From NCBI GenBank assembly GCA_964404275.1, contig CAYOJH010000005.1:4471-68470 (forward strand): a DNA stretch of 64,000 nt, given 5' to 3'. Below, piece after piece: positions 8,781 to 18,691 of the stretch. The position numbers were made by a program, and so were the translations under genes. The stretch comes from an uncultured Gammaproteobacteria bacterium. GTDB lineage: Bacteria; Patescibacteriota; Patescibacteriia; SG8-24; DYFX01. How positions within the stretch are numbered: position 1 is the stretch's first letter; the number at the start of each line of letters is the position of its first letter. Below the pieces are notes generated by a model. That model was not told where the DNA came from, searched no databases, and worked only from the letters and a program-made list of their open reading frames with translations.

Positions 8781-9967
8781 AATTTTTTCTTGAGCTGATC
8801 GAGCAGGTTTCTGAAATCGATCGGCGGACGCAGGTAATCGACGCGCACGGAATCGACACGCACCGTGCCGCCGACGGTCTTGATGGCCGGCAGCGACAAC
8901 AGCATCTGCGTGTGGCCCTGCGAGGCGGCCATCTCGCGCAGGCTGAATTCCGCTTCGGCCGTGCGCCAGCCGTCCGCGTCGATCGTCGGCGGATGGTAAC
9001 GCGCCACGACCGCATCATACGGCGCGGTCTTGAGATCGGTCAGCGCGTTGATCGTCGGGAATTCTGGATCGAAGCTCGTCGCGCCCTCCGGCACGTAGAC
9101 GTGCTGGCCTTCGGTGTCAAGCAGCACGATCCGGCTCTGGCGGGATTCGATGCCGACCAAGGAAACGTCGTCGGGCGCGTCGATCCGGAGGCGGTACAAT
9201 CCCGGCTTCGCGCCGGTCAGCGCCATCTCGACCGCGCCGTCGCCGCGGTGCGTGCGCGCGAGCAGCGTTTCGCCGTCGCGTTCCAGCGCGATCTTGGCTT
9301 CTTCTTTATCGGATCCGCGCAAGCCGAGCGAGAGTTCGAACGGACCTTTCTGGACGTAGACGTAGAGCGTGCGCGCGCCCGGTTCGTTCAGCACGGCATC
9401 AACGGGCTTCTCGCCGGAAAGCGCAGGCAAACGCAGATTCCAACGCACGGGATCGAGGCCGAGCACCGCTACGCGTCCGCCGGACGCCAAAATCTGCTGC
9501 GCCGAGCGCGTCGTCGCTTTGCGTTCGTAGACGCGAAGCTCCCCGTCTTGCCGCGCGGACCAGCCCGCGTCATCCAAGAGCGGGAGATCGAGTGGCTTCA
9601 GATCGAACTGCCATTGATCGAGGTCCGTGCGCGCGCCGAGCGCGATGTACGGCTGTTTCTCTTCCTTGTATCGCAACTGCACGCGCACCGTATCGTAAAA
9701 ACGCGGCGCGGCCAGATTGAAGTAGACCGGTTCATCGACGATGTCTGAGTACCAGACGCCGTTTTCCTGGACCGGCTTGGCGCGATCCTGCGGCGTGAAG
9801 CCGCCGATGAAACCGTTCGGCTCAGCCGTCCGAGCCTGGGCGCTCAAGACGCCGGTCAGCGGGAAGTTGCGCCAGAAAATCCAGGCGAGAAAAGCCGCGC
9901 CGAGCACGAACCAGGCGAACCGCAGCACATGGCGGAGGAATCGGAGTTGGGGCAGCGCGCTACTCAT
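8777..9967 (-). CDS. N-terminally anchored extracytoplasmic hypothetical protein (396 aa) coupled to GT-C transferase
   Basis: Single N-terminal TM (FAWFVLGAAFLAWIFW) then soluble domain; 8-nt overlap with upstream GT-C gene. Confidence 0.5.
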   Translation of the reverse strand: MSSALPQLRFLRHVLRFAWFVLGAAFLAWIFWRNFPLTGVLSAQARTAEPNGFIGGFTPQDRAKPVQENGVWYSDIVDEPVYFNLAAPRFYDTVRVQLRYKEEKQPYIALGARTDLDQWQFDLKPLDLPLLDDAGWSARQDGELRVYERKATTRSAQQILASGGRVAVLGLDPVRWNLRLPALSGEKPVDAVLNEPGARTLYVYVQKGPFELSLGLRGSDKEEAKIALERDGETLLARTHRGDGAVEMALTGAKPGLYRLRIDAPDDVSLVGIESRQSRIVLLDTEGQHVYVPEGATSFDPEFPTINALTDLKTAPYDAVVARYHPPTIDADGWRTAEAEFSLREMAASQGHTQMLLSLPAIKTVGGTVRVDSVRVDYLRPPIDFRNLLDQLKKKL

Positions 9968-11513
9968 GCGTGAGATGATACGCGGTTTCGCCCGCGATCG
10001 GACTGGTGGCGCCCGTCAGCGTCAAGCCCTGCTCCCGGGCCAGGCCTTGCAGACGAGCCGCTTCGTCGGCGGAGGGGGTGAGGCCGTACCAATAGACCGG
10101 CGCGTAGTTGATTGCGACCGCGGCCGCGGCGAAACCGGCGCGATCGGCGGTCGGAATGATGCGCAGCCGATCCGGCGCGAAGACCTTGTCGAAGCGCTCG
10201 GTCATGATGACCGCGTCGGAGGGAAAGACCGATCCGAGCAGGATCGTCTTCTTCGCCGCGTTCTGCGCCAGCGTCGCGCGCACGGCTCGCAGGCTCTCAT
10301 CGCCGGCGAAAACCGTCGCGCGGATCGTCAGCGCCGCGACGAGGATCGCGGCGATCGCGGTGAACGGCGCTTTCATCTTTTCGCGGAGCCGGACGAACGC
10401 GAGCGCGCCGAACGGCAGCATGGCGACGTAGGCCGGCAGGAAATACCGGACGTAGGACGTGCCGATCGTCACGCGGCCTGGATCGAGCCGGTCACGCACG
10501 GCCCAGCTGCCGTACAGGAGCGCGAGCCAAGCGGCCGTGAGCAGCGCCGAAACGAAATACGTTTTCTGCGCCCGCGTCGCTTTTCGAAATGCGCGGAGCC
10601 AGAGCAGGAATCCACCGAGCGCGAGCAGCGATTGCCACCAGAAGAGCTTGAGGCCGTACGCCCAGGCGTTCCGAGCGATCAATCTGGGGTGGAAACCGAA
10701 CGGCAGCGCGGTGGCAGGCGCGGTCGCGCTCGGCGCGGGTGAGGCCTGGCTCACGACCGCCGCGGATGGCGCCGCGACGTACGCCGTCCGGAACGGCGAG
10801 CCGTAGAGGCTAGCGTTCATTTGCAGCAGCAGAAACAGCGGAAAGGCGGCGCCGGCCACGGCCCAGCGCAAACGTTTCCAGCGATCCTTTCCGAGCAACG
10901 GCAAGAACGCCAGAAAGGCGGGCATGGCCCAGACGGCTTCCGAGGTTCGCGTCAGCATTGCCCAGCCGAAGGCGAAGCCGCCCAGCGCGTCGGCGATCGG
11001 CCGTTTGCGGAACAGGAAGCAAGCCGCGGCGATGATCAGCAAGTCGACGCACAGGACGTTATGAAACAAGCCGCGCGCGGCGTAGTACAGGATGGCGGGA
11101 TGCAGGAAAAACAGGATCGCCGACCAGAAGCCCGTCTTGCGATCGAACAGTTTCTCGATCGAAAGCCCGAACAGGATTCCGGCGACGGCGGTGAAGAGCG
11201 GCGTGAAGAGGAAGAACGGAAGCCGCGTGAACAGCCGGAGCGTGCCGAAGAGCAGGATCAATCCCGAAAAGCTGCCGGGCACGAGCGCGTCGCCCTGCAC
11301 GGCCATGCTGCGCGGATGGATCGCGCCGTTCCCGAGGCCGATCACCACGTCGCGTACCGCCAGCGACTCGCTGCTTGCCACGCGTTCGGCCCAGAAGGCG
11401 TTAGCCGTTTCATCCGGCGAATTCCAAAGTCCGGAGACCGGACGTCCGTACCAGGCGGTCAGCAGGAAAAATCCGAGCGCGACGGCGGCCAAGGCAGGGC
11501 GGAGGCGGTTCAT
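9960..11513 (-). CDS. GT-C fold glycosyltransferase, GT39/ArnT-like (polyprenyl-phosphate-sugar dependent) membrane protein
   Basis: About 11 predicted TM helices with N-terminal region resembling PMT/ArnT-type transferases; start set at Met 11513 (ATGA overlap with upstream gene); track ORF has 106 extra N-terminal codons. Confidence 0.55.
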   Translation of the reverse strand: MNRLRPALAAVALGFFLLTAWYGRPVSGLWNSPDETANAFWAERVASSESLAVRDVVIGLGNGAIHPRSMAVQGDALVPGSFSGLILLFGTLRLFTRLPFFLFTPLFTAVAGILFGLSIEKLFDRKTGFWSAILFFLHPAILYYAARGLFHNVLCVDLLIIAAACFLFRKRPIADALGGFAFGWAMLTRTSEAVWAMPAFLAFLPLLGKDRWKRLRWAVAGAAFPLFLLLQMNASLYGSPFRTAYVAAPSAAVVSQASPAPSATAPATALPFGFHPRLIARNAWAYGLKLFWWQSLLALGGFLLWLRAFRKATRAQKTYFVSALLTAAWLALLYGSWAVRDRLDPGRVTIGTSYVRYFLPAYVAMLPFGALAFVRLREKMKAPFTAIAAILVAALTIRATVFAGDESLRAVRATLAQNAAKKTILLGSVFPSDAVIMTERFDKVFAPDRLRIIPTADRAGFAAAAVAINYAPVYWYGLTPSADEAARLQGLAREQGLTLTGATSPIAGETAYHLTHE

Positions 11514-12076
11514 AGGCCGTGGGCCAGAAGGCTGCAAAGCGCCAGGAAAGCCGCGATGCCGAAGAGCACGTAGGAAGCGTCTCGCGCGCCGGGAAAACCG
11601 CTTTCCAGAAAAATCAGGAAACAGGTCACGGCGACGACTTGGCAGACCATCTTCCACTTCCCCCACCAGTTCGAGCCGCGGATGACGCCTCGGCGCTTGC
11701 GCAGCCAGCCGCCGAGCACGAAAGCGAGCTCGAGGGCCAAGAGCGTCAGCGCGATGCCGATCGAAAACGCGCGGAAGAGCATCAGGACGACGACCGAGCC
11801 GATCAAGAGCTTGTCGGCGACCGGATCCCAAATCGTGCCCCAGGCCGTGATCTGGCCGCGCGTGCGCGCGAGCGAGCCGTCGATCAGATCGGTGAAGGCG
11901 ACGAAAAGAAAAAACGGCACGCCGACGGCATAGCGGCCGAAGGCCAAGAGCAGGATCACGAACGGGGTCAGCAAAAACCTGACGACCGTGATCTGATTCG
12001 GTCGCACGGAGTGCGGGAAGATCTTGAGGATCGTCGCCGCCAGCAAGCGGTCGTGCGGGTAGATTTTCGCCTTCAT
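11510..12076 (-). CDS. CDP-alcohol phosphatidyltransferase family protein
   Basis: Motif D-G-x2-A-R-x8-G-x3-G-x3-D-x3-D present (DLIDGSLARTRGQITAWGTIWDPVADKL); polytopic membrane protein. Confidence 0.8.
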   Translation of the reverse strand: MKAKIYPHDRLLAATILKIFPHSVRPNQITVVRFLLTPFVILLLAFGRYAVGVPFFLFVAFTDLIDGSLARTRGQITAWGTIWDPVADKLLIGSVVVLMLFRAFSIGIALTLLALELAFVLGGWLRKRRGVIRGSNWWGKWKMVCQVVAVTCFLIFLESGFPGARDASYVLFGIAAFLALCSLLAHGL

Positions 12077-12096
12077 TCCTGTGCTACAATCAAGGC

Positions 12097-14223
12097 ATGA
12101 AACCGCTTCATTCTACCATTTTGGCTTCGGTTGGAGGAGCCCTGGCGGCCCTGGGCCTGGCCTCGCCGGCCTTCGCCTTGCTCCTGCCGATCGGAGGGAC
12201 CCTGTTCCTGGCCGGAATGGCGGAAACCGCCGGAAAGCTGGCGTTCCCCGAGGAACGCTCGCCGATCCGCGGCTTGTTCGGGCTTCTCGGAGCCCTGGCG
12301 TTGATTTCGACGGCCGGCGCGATCGTCTATTACTTCTCCAAGCTCGATACGGTCGGCCTTTCCTGGCTGTGCGTCACGCTGCCCTGGGCGCTGTTCGCCG
12401 TCTCGCCGTTCGGCGCGCGCGTGCGCGAACATGTCGAGAAACCGACCTTGATCGTTGAAAAATCTTCGCCGGAAGATTCCCTTTCGGGCGTGCTCCTGCT
12501 CATCGCCGTCGCCGCCGATCTGGCCGCGCTGCGCTGGTTGTGGGGCGCCCGCACGGCCGAGGCCATCCGCTCCCCATGGGAAGTCGTCTCGCCGCTGTAT
12601 TTCCTGTGGATCGGCCTGGCGGCCTTCTGCCTGATCGCGCTCGCCTACCGCCGGCGCTTTCCGCACCTGACCTTGGCCGCCGCGTCGCTGCATCTCTTCG
12701 CGATGCTCGCGCCCGCCGCCTTGGTCTATGCCGTCGGATTCGGATTCGATCCGTTCGTGCATCAAGCCGCCGAGAAGCTCGTTTTCGCCGCGGGCGTCGT
12801 GACGCCGAAGACGCCGTACTACATCGGGCAGTACGCGCTGGTGACGGTCCTGACCAAGCTGTTCCGTTTGCCGATCGTGGCCGTCGATCGGTTCTTGCTG
12901 CCGACCTTGACCGCGCTTTTCCTGCCGGCCGCCGCGGCTTGGCTCCTGCGCCGCGGCTACGGCGTGCCGCGCGCGCTCGCTTTGGTCGCTTCCCTCGGCA
13001 TTTTTCTTTTGCCGCTCAGCGCCTTCGCTTCGACGACGCCGCAAGGCCTGGCCGATCTTTTTTTTCTGCTGACGATGCTGCTCGGCGCGGCTTGGCTCCA
13101 CGGGCACCGTCCCCCGCTCGGTTTCGTGTTACTGCTCGCCTTCGCGGCCGCCGCCACGCATCCGCTCTCTGGCGTGCCCGCGCTCATGGCCGCGGTCCTG
13201 CTCATGATCGCCAAGCTGCGCCATGACGGGCTGCCGGCGGCCAGGATCGCCAAGACCGTCGCTTTCGGCCTGGCCATCGGAATGGCGGCCGTGGCCATCC
13301 CGTTCGTTTTCGCCGTCCGCGAAGGCTCGGGCGTCGCGCCGCTCGTTTCGGCGTTCCACAAACCGATCGCGGAACTGCTGCTTGGCATCCCGTTCGAAGC
13401 GCCCGGCCTCGCCTCGCGCTACCGGCCGATCCTCGACTTCGCCGAATTCCTGGCGCGCAATCAAGACGCGTTCTTGTTCCTCTTGGCCGGCGCGGGCGCT
13501 TGGCTCCTCTTGCGGCGCAGAGGCTACCGCCGTTCGGCGCTCGCCGCGGGCGGACTTTCCATCGCCTTGCTGATCTCCGTCGCGATCCTCCGCAGCAGTT
13601 TCGTTTTCAAAGACGTGATCGGCTACGAGCAGGCCAACTACGCCGATCGCTTGTACGACGCCGCGCTCTTGTCGCTCGCCCCGTTGGTCTTGGCCGGCGT
13701 GGCCTGGTGGTGGCGCGCGCTGTCCAAGGCGGAGCACGGAGTGCGCATGCTGCACGCGCTGCTCTTCGCCGCCGCCATCTCCGCGCTCGCCTACGCCGCC
13801 TTCCCGCGTCTCGACGACTACCGCTTCAGCCGCGGCTACTCGGCCTCGATCCATGACGTCCGCGCCGTCGACTGGATCAACGCGCACGGCGTCGCGCCCT
13901 ACGTCGTCCTCGCGAACCAATCGACCTCGGCCGCCGCGCTTTCGGAATTCGGCTTCAAAACGTATTACGGCTCGCAATTTTATTACGCGATCCCGACCGG
14001 CGCGCCGCTGTATCAGTCGTATCTCGAGATGGTCTACGGCGGCGCCAAGCGCGAGACGATGGAAGCGGCCATGCGCGAGATGCAGGTGCCGACCGCCTAC
14101 TTCGTGATCGACAGCTATTGGACGAACGCTTCAAGCGTCATCGCGGCGGCGAAAAAAACCGCCGATGACTGGCAGGACATCGACGGCGGACAAGCCATGA
14201 TTTTCCGCTACGCGCTCAAGTAG
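12097..14223 (+). CDS. Large polytopic membrane protein (708 aa) with C-terminal soluble domain; possible second GT-C-like transferase
   Basis: At least 12 hydrophobic helices followed by ~170-aa hydrophilic C-terminal domain; architecture reminiscent of GT-C enzymes; no motif proof. ATG only 20 nt from divergent start at 12076. Confidence 0.5.
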   Translation: MKPLHSTILASVGGALAALGLASPAFALLLPIGGTLFLAGMAETAGKLAFPEERSPIRGLFGLLGALALISTAGAIVYYFSKLDTVGLSWLCVTLPWALFAVSPFGARVREHVEKPTLIVEKSSPEDSLSGVLLLIAVAADLAALRWLWGARTAEAIRSPWEVVSPLYFLWIGLAAFCLIALAYRRRFPHLTLAAASLHLFAMLAPAALVYAVGFGFDPFVHQAAEKLVFAAGVVTPKTPYYIGQYALVTVLTKLFRLPIVAVDRFLLPTLTALFLPAAAAWLLRRGYGVPRALALVASLGIFLLPLSAFASTTPQGLADLFFLLTMLLGAAWLHGHRPPLGFVLLLAFAAAATHPLSGVPALMAAVLLMIAKLRHDGLPAARIAKTVAFGLAIGMAAVAIPFVFAVREGSGVAPLVSAFHKPIAELLLGIPFEAPGLASRYRPILDFAEFLARNQDAFLFLLAGAGAWLLLRRRGYRRSALAAGGLSIALLISVAILRSSFVFKDVIGYEQANYADRLYDAALLSLAPLVLAGVAWWWRALSKAEHGVRMLHALLFAAAISALAYAAFPRLDDYRFSRGYSASIHDVRAVDWINAHGVAPYVVLANQSTSAAALSEFGFKTYYGSQFYYAIPTGAPLYQSYLEMVYGGAKRETMEAAMREMQVPTAYFVIDSYWTNASSVIAAAKKTADDWQDIDGGQAMIFRYALK

Positions 14224-15490
14224 GTTGCGGTTGATAGCGGATCGGCACGATCGGGCCGCGCTCTTCGAGCGCCGGGTCGCGGCCGTCGTAAAGCGCTTCC
14301 AGGCGCGCGGCGTGCCGCGAAACGGATAGCAGTTCGGCGGAACGCGACGCTTCGCGCGAGCGTTCGGGCCAGGCGCCGCCCTCGTCGCAGACGCGCTTCA
14401 TGACGGCCACCAGCGCGGCGACGTTTCCCGCTTCGAAGACGAAGCCGTTCTCTCCGTGGCGGACGATCTCGGCCGCGCCGCCGATGTCGGCGACCGCGAC
14501 GGGAACGCCGTAGGCGAAACTTTCGCCGATCACGGTTGGCGCGTTCTCATAGCACAACGACGGCACGACGGTGCAATCCGTTTTCGAGAAGAGCTCGGCG
14601 AACTGGACCGGACGTTTTTTTCCGTAAAAGGCGATGCGCAGATCCTTGCCGGAGGCGCGCAGCGCTTCCTCCAACGCGGAACCCGCGCCGACGACGTCGA
14701 GGCGCGTTTTCGGACGATCTTTGAGAAGCCGTCGGAACGCTTCGATCAGCAAAAGGATGCCTTTGTGCCTTTCGACCTGCCCGATGAACAAGAAACGCGT
14801 TTCCGCCGTTCCGCCTCCGCCAAGGCTTCGGCGGACAGGCATGGCGTGCGGCGCGGGATTCGGCAAGATGACATGCTGCGCGTTCGGAAAAAAGCCGCGT
14901 TCCAGGTGAAACCGCATCAGGAAGCGCGAGGGCGAGATGACGATGTCCGGCGAGGCGAAACTCGTTCGCGCGAACGAAGCGAACATCCGGCTGATCGGAT
15001 CCGTCACGCCGAAACCGCGCTCTTTCCCCTTGAGGATCAAGCCGGACGGCGCGACGAGCTGCACGTCATGGAGCGTGTGGACGTGGCGGATGCCGAGCGT
15101 GCGCAACACCCTCGGCACGCGCCAGCCGAGGCCTTTCAGATTGTGCGTATGGACGATCTGCGGCCGTTCTTTTTTCAAAATGCCGGCGAGCGTTTTTGCC
15201 GCGTGGCCGTTCCAAGCGTCGAACAGGTGCCAGAGGAAGCGCGAAGCCGCCGCGTGCTTGCCGATCTCGCCGTAGAAAAAAAGATTGAACGGGTAAAAGC
15301 GATGGACCCGGATGCCGTCCTCGACGGTCATCTTCGGCTCGATCGATCCGTCTTCCCGCACGGGTTCCGCCGTCACGATCGAAACGTCGTGGCCCATCGC
15401 CTTCAAGGCGCGGGCTTCTTCCTCGACGACGCGTTCGGCGCCGCCTCGGCTGTACGGCGGATACAAATTGGTAATAAAACACACGCGCAT
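14216..15490 (-). CDS. GT4-family glycosyltransferase
   Basis: N-terminal MRVCFITNLYPPYSRGGAE and C-terminal E-x7-E region (GESFAYGVPVAVADIGGAAEIV); alternative TTG start at 15508. Confidence 0.8.
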   Translation of the reverse strand: MRVCFITNLYPPYSRGGAERVVEEEARALKAMGHDVSIVTAEPVREDGSIEPKMTVEDGIRVHRFYPFNLFFYGEIGKHAAASRFLWHLFDAWNGHAAKTLAGILKKERPQIVHTHNLKGLGWRVPRVLRTLGIRHVHTLHDVQLVAPSGLILKGKERGFGVTDPISRMFASFARTSFASPDIVISPSRFLMRFHLERGFFPNAQHVILPNPAPHAMPVRRSLGGGGTAETRFLFIGQVERHKGILLLIEAFRRLLKDRPKTRLDVVGAGSALEEALRASGKDLRIAFYGKKRPVQFAELFSKTDCTVVPSLCYENAPTVIGESFAYGVPVAVADIGGAAEIVRHGENGFVFEAGNVAALVAVMKRVCDEGGAWPERSREASRSAELLSVSRHAARLEALYDGRDPALEERGPIVPIRYQPQPT

Positions 15491-15509
15491 GCCATAAAAG
15501 TATAGCAAC

Positions 15510-16571
15510 TTATCCGCAAACCGTCTCGACGACGGTCTGATCGATCACTTTTGCGTCATACACGCGTTCGGCTCTGCCACGGGCCGCGCGGCCCATGGCG
15601 GCGGCGCGGTCTGGATCGGAAAGCAGCGTCTGGAGCGCATCGGCCAACGCTTCGACGTTCAACGGCGGCACGACCAGTCCCGTGACGCCGGGTTCGACAA
15701 GGCTGCGGACGCCGGGCAGATCCGAAACGATCGAGGGAACGCCGCTCGCCGCCGCCGCCAGCGTGACGAGGCCGAAGGCTTCCGAACGGTCGACGGAAGG
15801 CAGGACGTGGATCAAAGCTTCGCGATACAGCTCGGCCAGACGTTCGTCGGAGACGCGGCCGTGGAAACGGATGTGTCCCGCAAAGCCGGTCTTGGCCGCC
15901 AAGGTTTCATACGACGCGCGCAGATTACCGTCGCCGACGATCCAGAGTTCCGTTTCGGGCGCGTTCGCGGCGATTTTCGCGAACGCTTCAATCAGCATCG
16001 GCACGCCTTTGAAATAATGCGCGGCATCCAAACCTCCGACGAAGAGAATCGCGTTTTTCTTTTCTCCGCCCGGACGGAAGAAGTTCGTATCGACGCCGAG
16101 CGGGATCTCGCGGACGCGCGGATCGTTTTTCAAAAAAGCGATCTGCGACGAGGCGAAATACTCGCGGCTCGTGACGATGATCGCGTCCGCCGCGCGCAGG
16201 ATCGCTTTCAAGAAGAACGCGCGGTACAGAGAGAAGATCCGGGCCGCGAAACCTTTCCCGACCGTGTCCATGTGATACAGGACCGTCAGGCGCGTACGAC
16301 GGCCGAACGTCTTTTTCCAAAGCCAGACCCATTCCGCGCCGCCGAAGAACGGATAGTGCAGCTCGGCCGCGTCGAAGCCGCGCAGCTTCCAGAGCAACCC
16401 TGGAACGCAGGCGGCGTTGCCGATTTTGAAAAGCGGGTGCAGTCCCTGTCCGGGCGCGAACACGGCCGCGTCATGTCCCGCGCGCCGAAAAGCCGCCGCG
16501 TGATCCGCGGCCACGTTGCCCATGCCGCCTTTGTAAGGCGGAAACGTCGAAACGACGACGGCGACTTTCAT
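15510..16571 (-). CDS. GT4-family glycosyltransferase
   Basis: MKVAVVVSTFPPYKGG N-terminus, C-terminal SEAFGLVTLAAAASGVPSIVSD GT1/GT4 signature; internal Met start (track ORF has 79 extra codons overlapping upstream gene). Confidence 0.8.
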   Translation of the reverse strand: MKVAVVVSTFPPYKGGMGNVAADHAAAFRRAGHDAAVFAPGQGLHPLFKIGNAACVPGLLWKLRGFDAAELHYPFFGGAEWVWLWKKTFGRRTRLTVLYHMDTVGKGFAARIFSLYRAFFLKAILRAADAIIVTSREYFASSQIAFLKNDPRVREIPLGVDTNFFRPGGEKKNAILFVGGLDAAHYFKGVPMLIEAFAKIAANAPETELWIVGDGNLRASYETLAAKTGFAGHIRFHGRVSDERLAELYREALIHVLPSVDRSEAFGLVTLAAAASGVPSIVSDLPGVRSLVEPGVTGLVVPPLNVEALADALQTLLSDPDRAAAMGRAARGRAERVYDAKVIDQTVVETVCG

Positions 16572-16573
16572 AG

Positions 16574-17677
16574 CTACCACCACAGGATCAGCCGCGCGAC
16601 CGCCCAGTAGGCGGCGAACAGCGGGTTGGCGACGCGCGTCAGGAGCGAGGGCTGCATCTGCTGGAACAGGATCCTTCCGGTGAACAGGCGCGTGGCTTCC
16701 CGATCCGAAATCTTCCTGAGCCCCACCATGCGGACATGGGCCTCGCGCAGCTTCCGCAAATGTTCCCAAGAAAAGAAATACGCGTAGGCCCGGGCCTTTT
16801 CGCGCCACCAGCCGCTCTTGAAGGCGAAGAGCCAGAGGCCGATTTCCATCGTGATGAATGCCGGAGCGATCAGCAGGTGCGTCGGCCAGCGGTACATGCG
16901 GGTCAACACGATCAAACGATTGCGCTCCATCCAGAAATATTTCTTGATGCTGCGCGAAAATTCGTATTTGTGGAAGACGACCGAATCCGGCGCGAGGACC
17001 ACGCGGTGTCCCGATAGGCGCGCACGCCAGGAATATTCCAGGTCTTCGTGATAGGCGAAAAGTTCCTCGTCGAGAAAACCGATCTCGCGCAGCAGCGACG
17101 CGCGGATCAGCATGCCGGCGCCGCTGGCGTAGGCGATGTCGCGCATTTTCAATTTCGCCTGCACGGACGGGTCGGAGACCGGCAGCGACTCCCCTCCCGC
17201 GTAGCCGAAGCCGAGGAAATGAATTTCGTTGCCATAGGAATTGACCAGCTCGGTGCGCGGATGCAGCCGCAGGAAACTTTGGACGACGCCGATCTTCGGA
17301 TCGGAAGCCATCGTCCGCATCGCCGCTTCAAGAAAACCCGGCTGCGCTTCGGTGTCCGGATTGAGCAGGTACACGTACGCGTAGCCCTCTTCCAACGCTT
17401 TCCGCATCGCTTGATTGTTGCCGCCGGAAAAACCGAGGTTCTCGCTGTTTTTGAAAAAGACGCACGGAAATCCGCCCTTCGTCGTTTTCTGATCCGGCGA
17501 AAGCAGTTCGCGCGCGATGAATTCGCCGCTGCCGTCGGGCGAAGCGTTGTCGACGATCATCAAGGTCGCCGCGCCCGGCGCGATGCCGGCCTGTTCGACC
17601 GCGCGGAAACACGCGCCGAGAAATTTTCCGTGATTCCAAGAAACGACGATGATCGCCGTCCGCGCGTCAGGCGTCAT
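16574..17677 (-). CDS. GT2-family glycosyltransferase (GT-A fold, WbbL/rhamnosyltransferase-like)
   Basis: IVVSWNHGKFL...MIVDNASPDGS...DEELFAYHEDLEY motifs typical of GT2. Confidence 0.8.
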   Translation of the reverse strand: MTPDARTAIIVVSWNHGKFLGACFRAVEQAGIAPGAATLMIVDNASPDGSGEFIARELLSPDQKTTKGGFPCVFFKNSENLGFSGGNNQAMRKALEEGYAYVYLLNPDTEAQPGFLEAAMRTMASDPKIGVVQSFLRLHPRTELVNSYGNEIHFLGFGYAGGESLPVSDPSVQAKLKMRDIAYASGAGMLIRASLLREIGFLDEELFAYHEDLEYSWRARLSGHRVVLAPDSVVFHKYEFSRSIKKYFWMERNRLIVLTRMYRWPTHLLIAPAFITMEIGLWLFAFKSGWWREKARAYAYFFSWEHLRKLREAHVRMVGLRKISDREATRLFTGRILFQQMQPSLLTRVANPLFAAYWAVARLILWW

Positions 17678-18011
17678 GCGAGCGGTCTTCCAGTTCCTTG
17701 AGCGCGAGTTCGCGCGCCAGGCGCGTGAGTTTCTGCTCGTGATCTTCGAGCCGCGCGAACATCCGGAACAGGAGATAAAAAGCGGAAACCAGCGCCAGGT
17801 AGACGACGACGTCCGCGCCGCGGCCGACGCCGAGGCGATGCGCGAGCGATGACGCGACGTCCGGCTTCAAAGCGACCCCGGCGACGCCCAGCCAGAGCAG
17901 CGTCCAGAGCACGAGCTGTTTGAACGAAAGGCCGCCGCGCCGGAAACGCGAAACGGCCGCGGCGAAGCCGAAGCCGGCGAAAGCGAGCAAAACGAGCTGG
18001 ATGATGCTCAT
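17667..18011 (-). CDS. DUF2304-like small membrane protein (GT2-associated)
   Basis: ~114 aa, two N-terminal TM helices plus C-terminal coiled segment; typical position next to polyprenyl-phosphate GT2 genes. Confidence 0.55.
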   Translation of the reverse strand: MSIIQLVLLAFAGFGFAAAVSRFRRGGLSFKQLVLWTLLWLGVAGVALKPDVASSLAHRLGVGRGADVVVYLALVSAFYLLFRMFARLEDHEQKLTRLARELALKELEDRSHDA

Positions 18012-18014
18012 AGA

Positions 18015-18689
18015 TCAATCGAGGAAACGGCGCAGGATCAATTTCAAAGCGGTCTCGATGCCGACGGCCAGGTTTTGGCCTTTCGACAGCGAATAATCGG
18101 TGTAGACGGCTTCGATCGGCACTTCGGCGAGACGGAAGCGCTTGTCGGCGATCTCTTTGACGAACTCCGAAGAGACTTCCATGCGCGAGGTGCGGAGCGT
18201 CAGCCGCTCGGCGGCGTGGCGCGCCATGCCGCGCAGGCCGCTCTGGCTGTCGGTCACCCATTTGCCGAAGAGCGCATAGGTCAGCGCGTTGCCGAACCAT
18301 TGAGCCAGGCGCCGCGCGACGGGCATGTTCCCCTTCCCCTCGAGCATGCGCGAGCCGATCACGAAATCAACGTCGCCTTCGGACAGGCGCTCGAAAATCC
18401 GTTTGGCGTCCTCCGCGCGATGCTGTCCGTCGGCGTCCATCGTGACGATCTGATCCGCGCCGAGCCGGAGCGCGCCGGCGATGCCGGTGCCGATCGCGCC
18501 GCCCAAGCCGCGATTGACCGCGTGCCGCGCCACCAAGGCGCCGGCGGCCGAAGCGATCTCGGCCGTGCGGTCGGAGGACCCGTCATCCACCACCAAGACG
18601 ACGTCCGCGATGGCATGCGCCGCGCGCACGACTTCGCCGATCGCCCGTTCCTCCTGGTAGGCCGGAATGACGATGATCCGTTTTTCCAT
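18015..18689 (-). CDS. GT2 polyprenyl-phosphate glycosyltransferase (DPM1/ArnC-like)
   Basis: VIPAYQEE...VVDDGSSDRT...MDADGQH...DVDFVIGSR...SGLRGM motifs of dolichyl/undecaprenyl-phosphate sugar synthases. Confidence 0.8.
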   Translation of the reverse strand: MEKRIIVIPAYQEERAIGEVVRAAHAIADVVLVVDDGSSDRTAEIASAAGALVARHAVNRGLGGAIGTGIAGALRLGADQIVTMDADGQHRAEDAKRIFERLSEGDVDFVIGSRMLEGKGNMPVARRLAQWFGNALTYALFGKWVTDSQSGLRGMARHAAERLTLRTSRMEVSSEFVKEIADKRFRLAEVPIEAVYTDYSLSKGQNLAVGIETALKLILRRFLD

Positions 18690-18691
18690 GC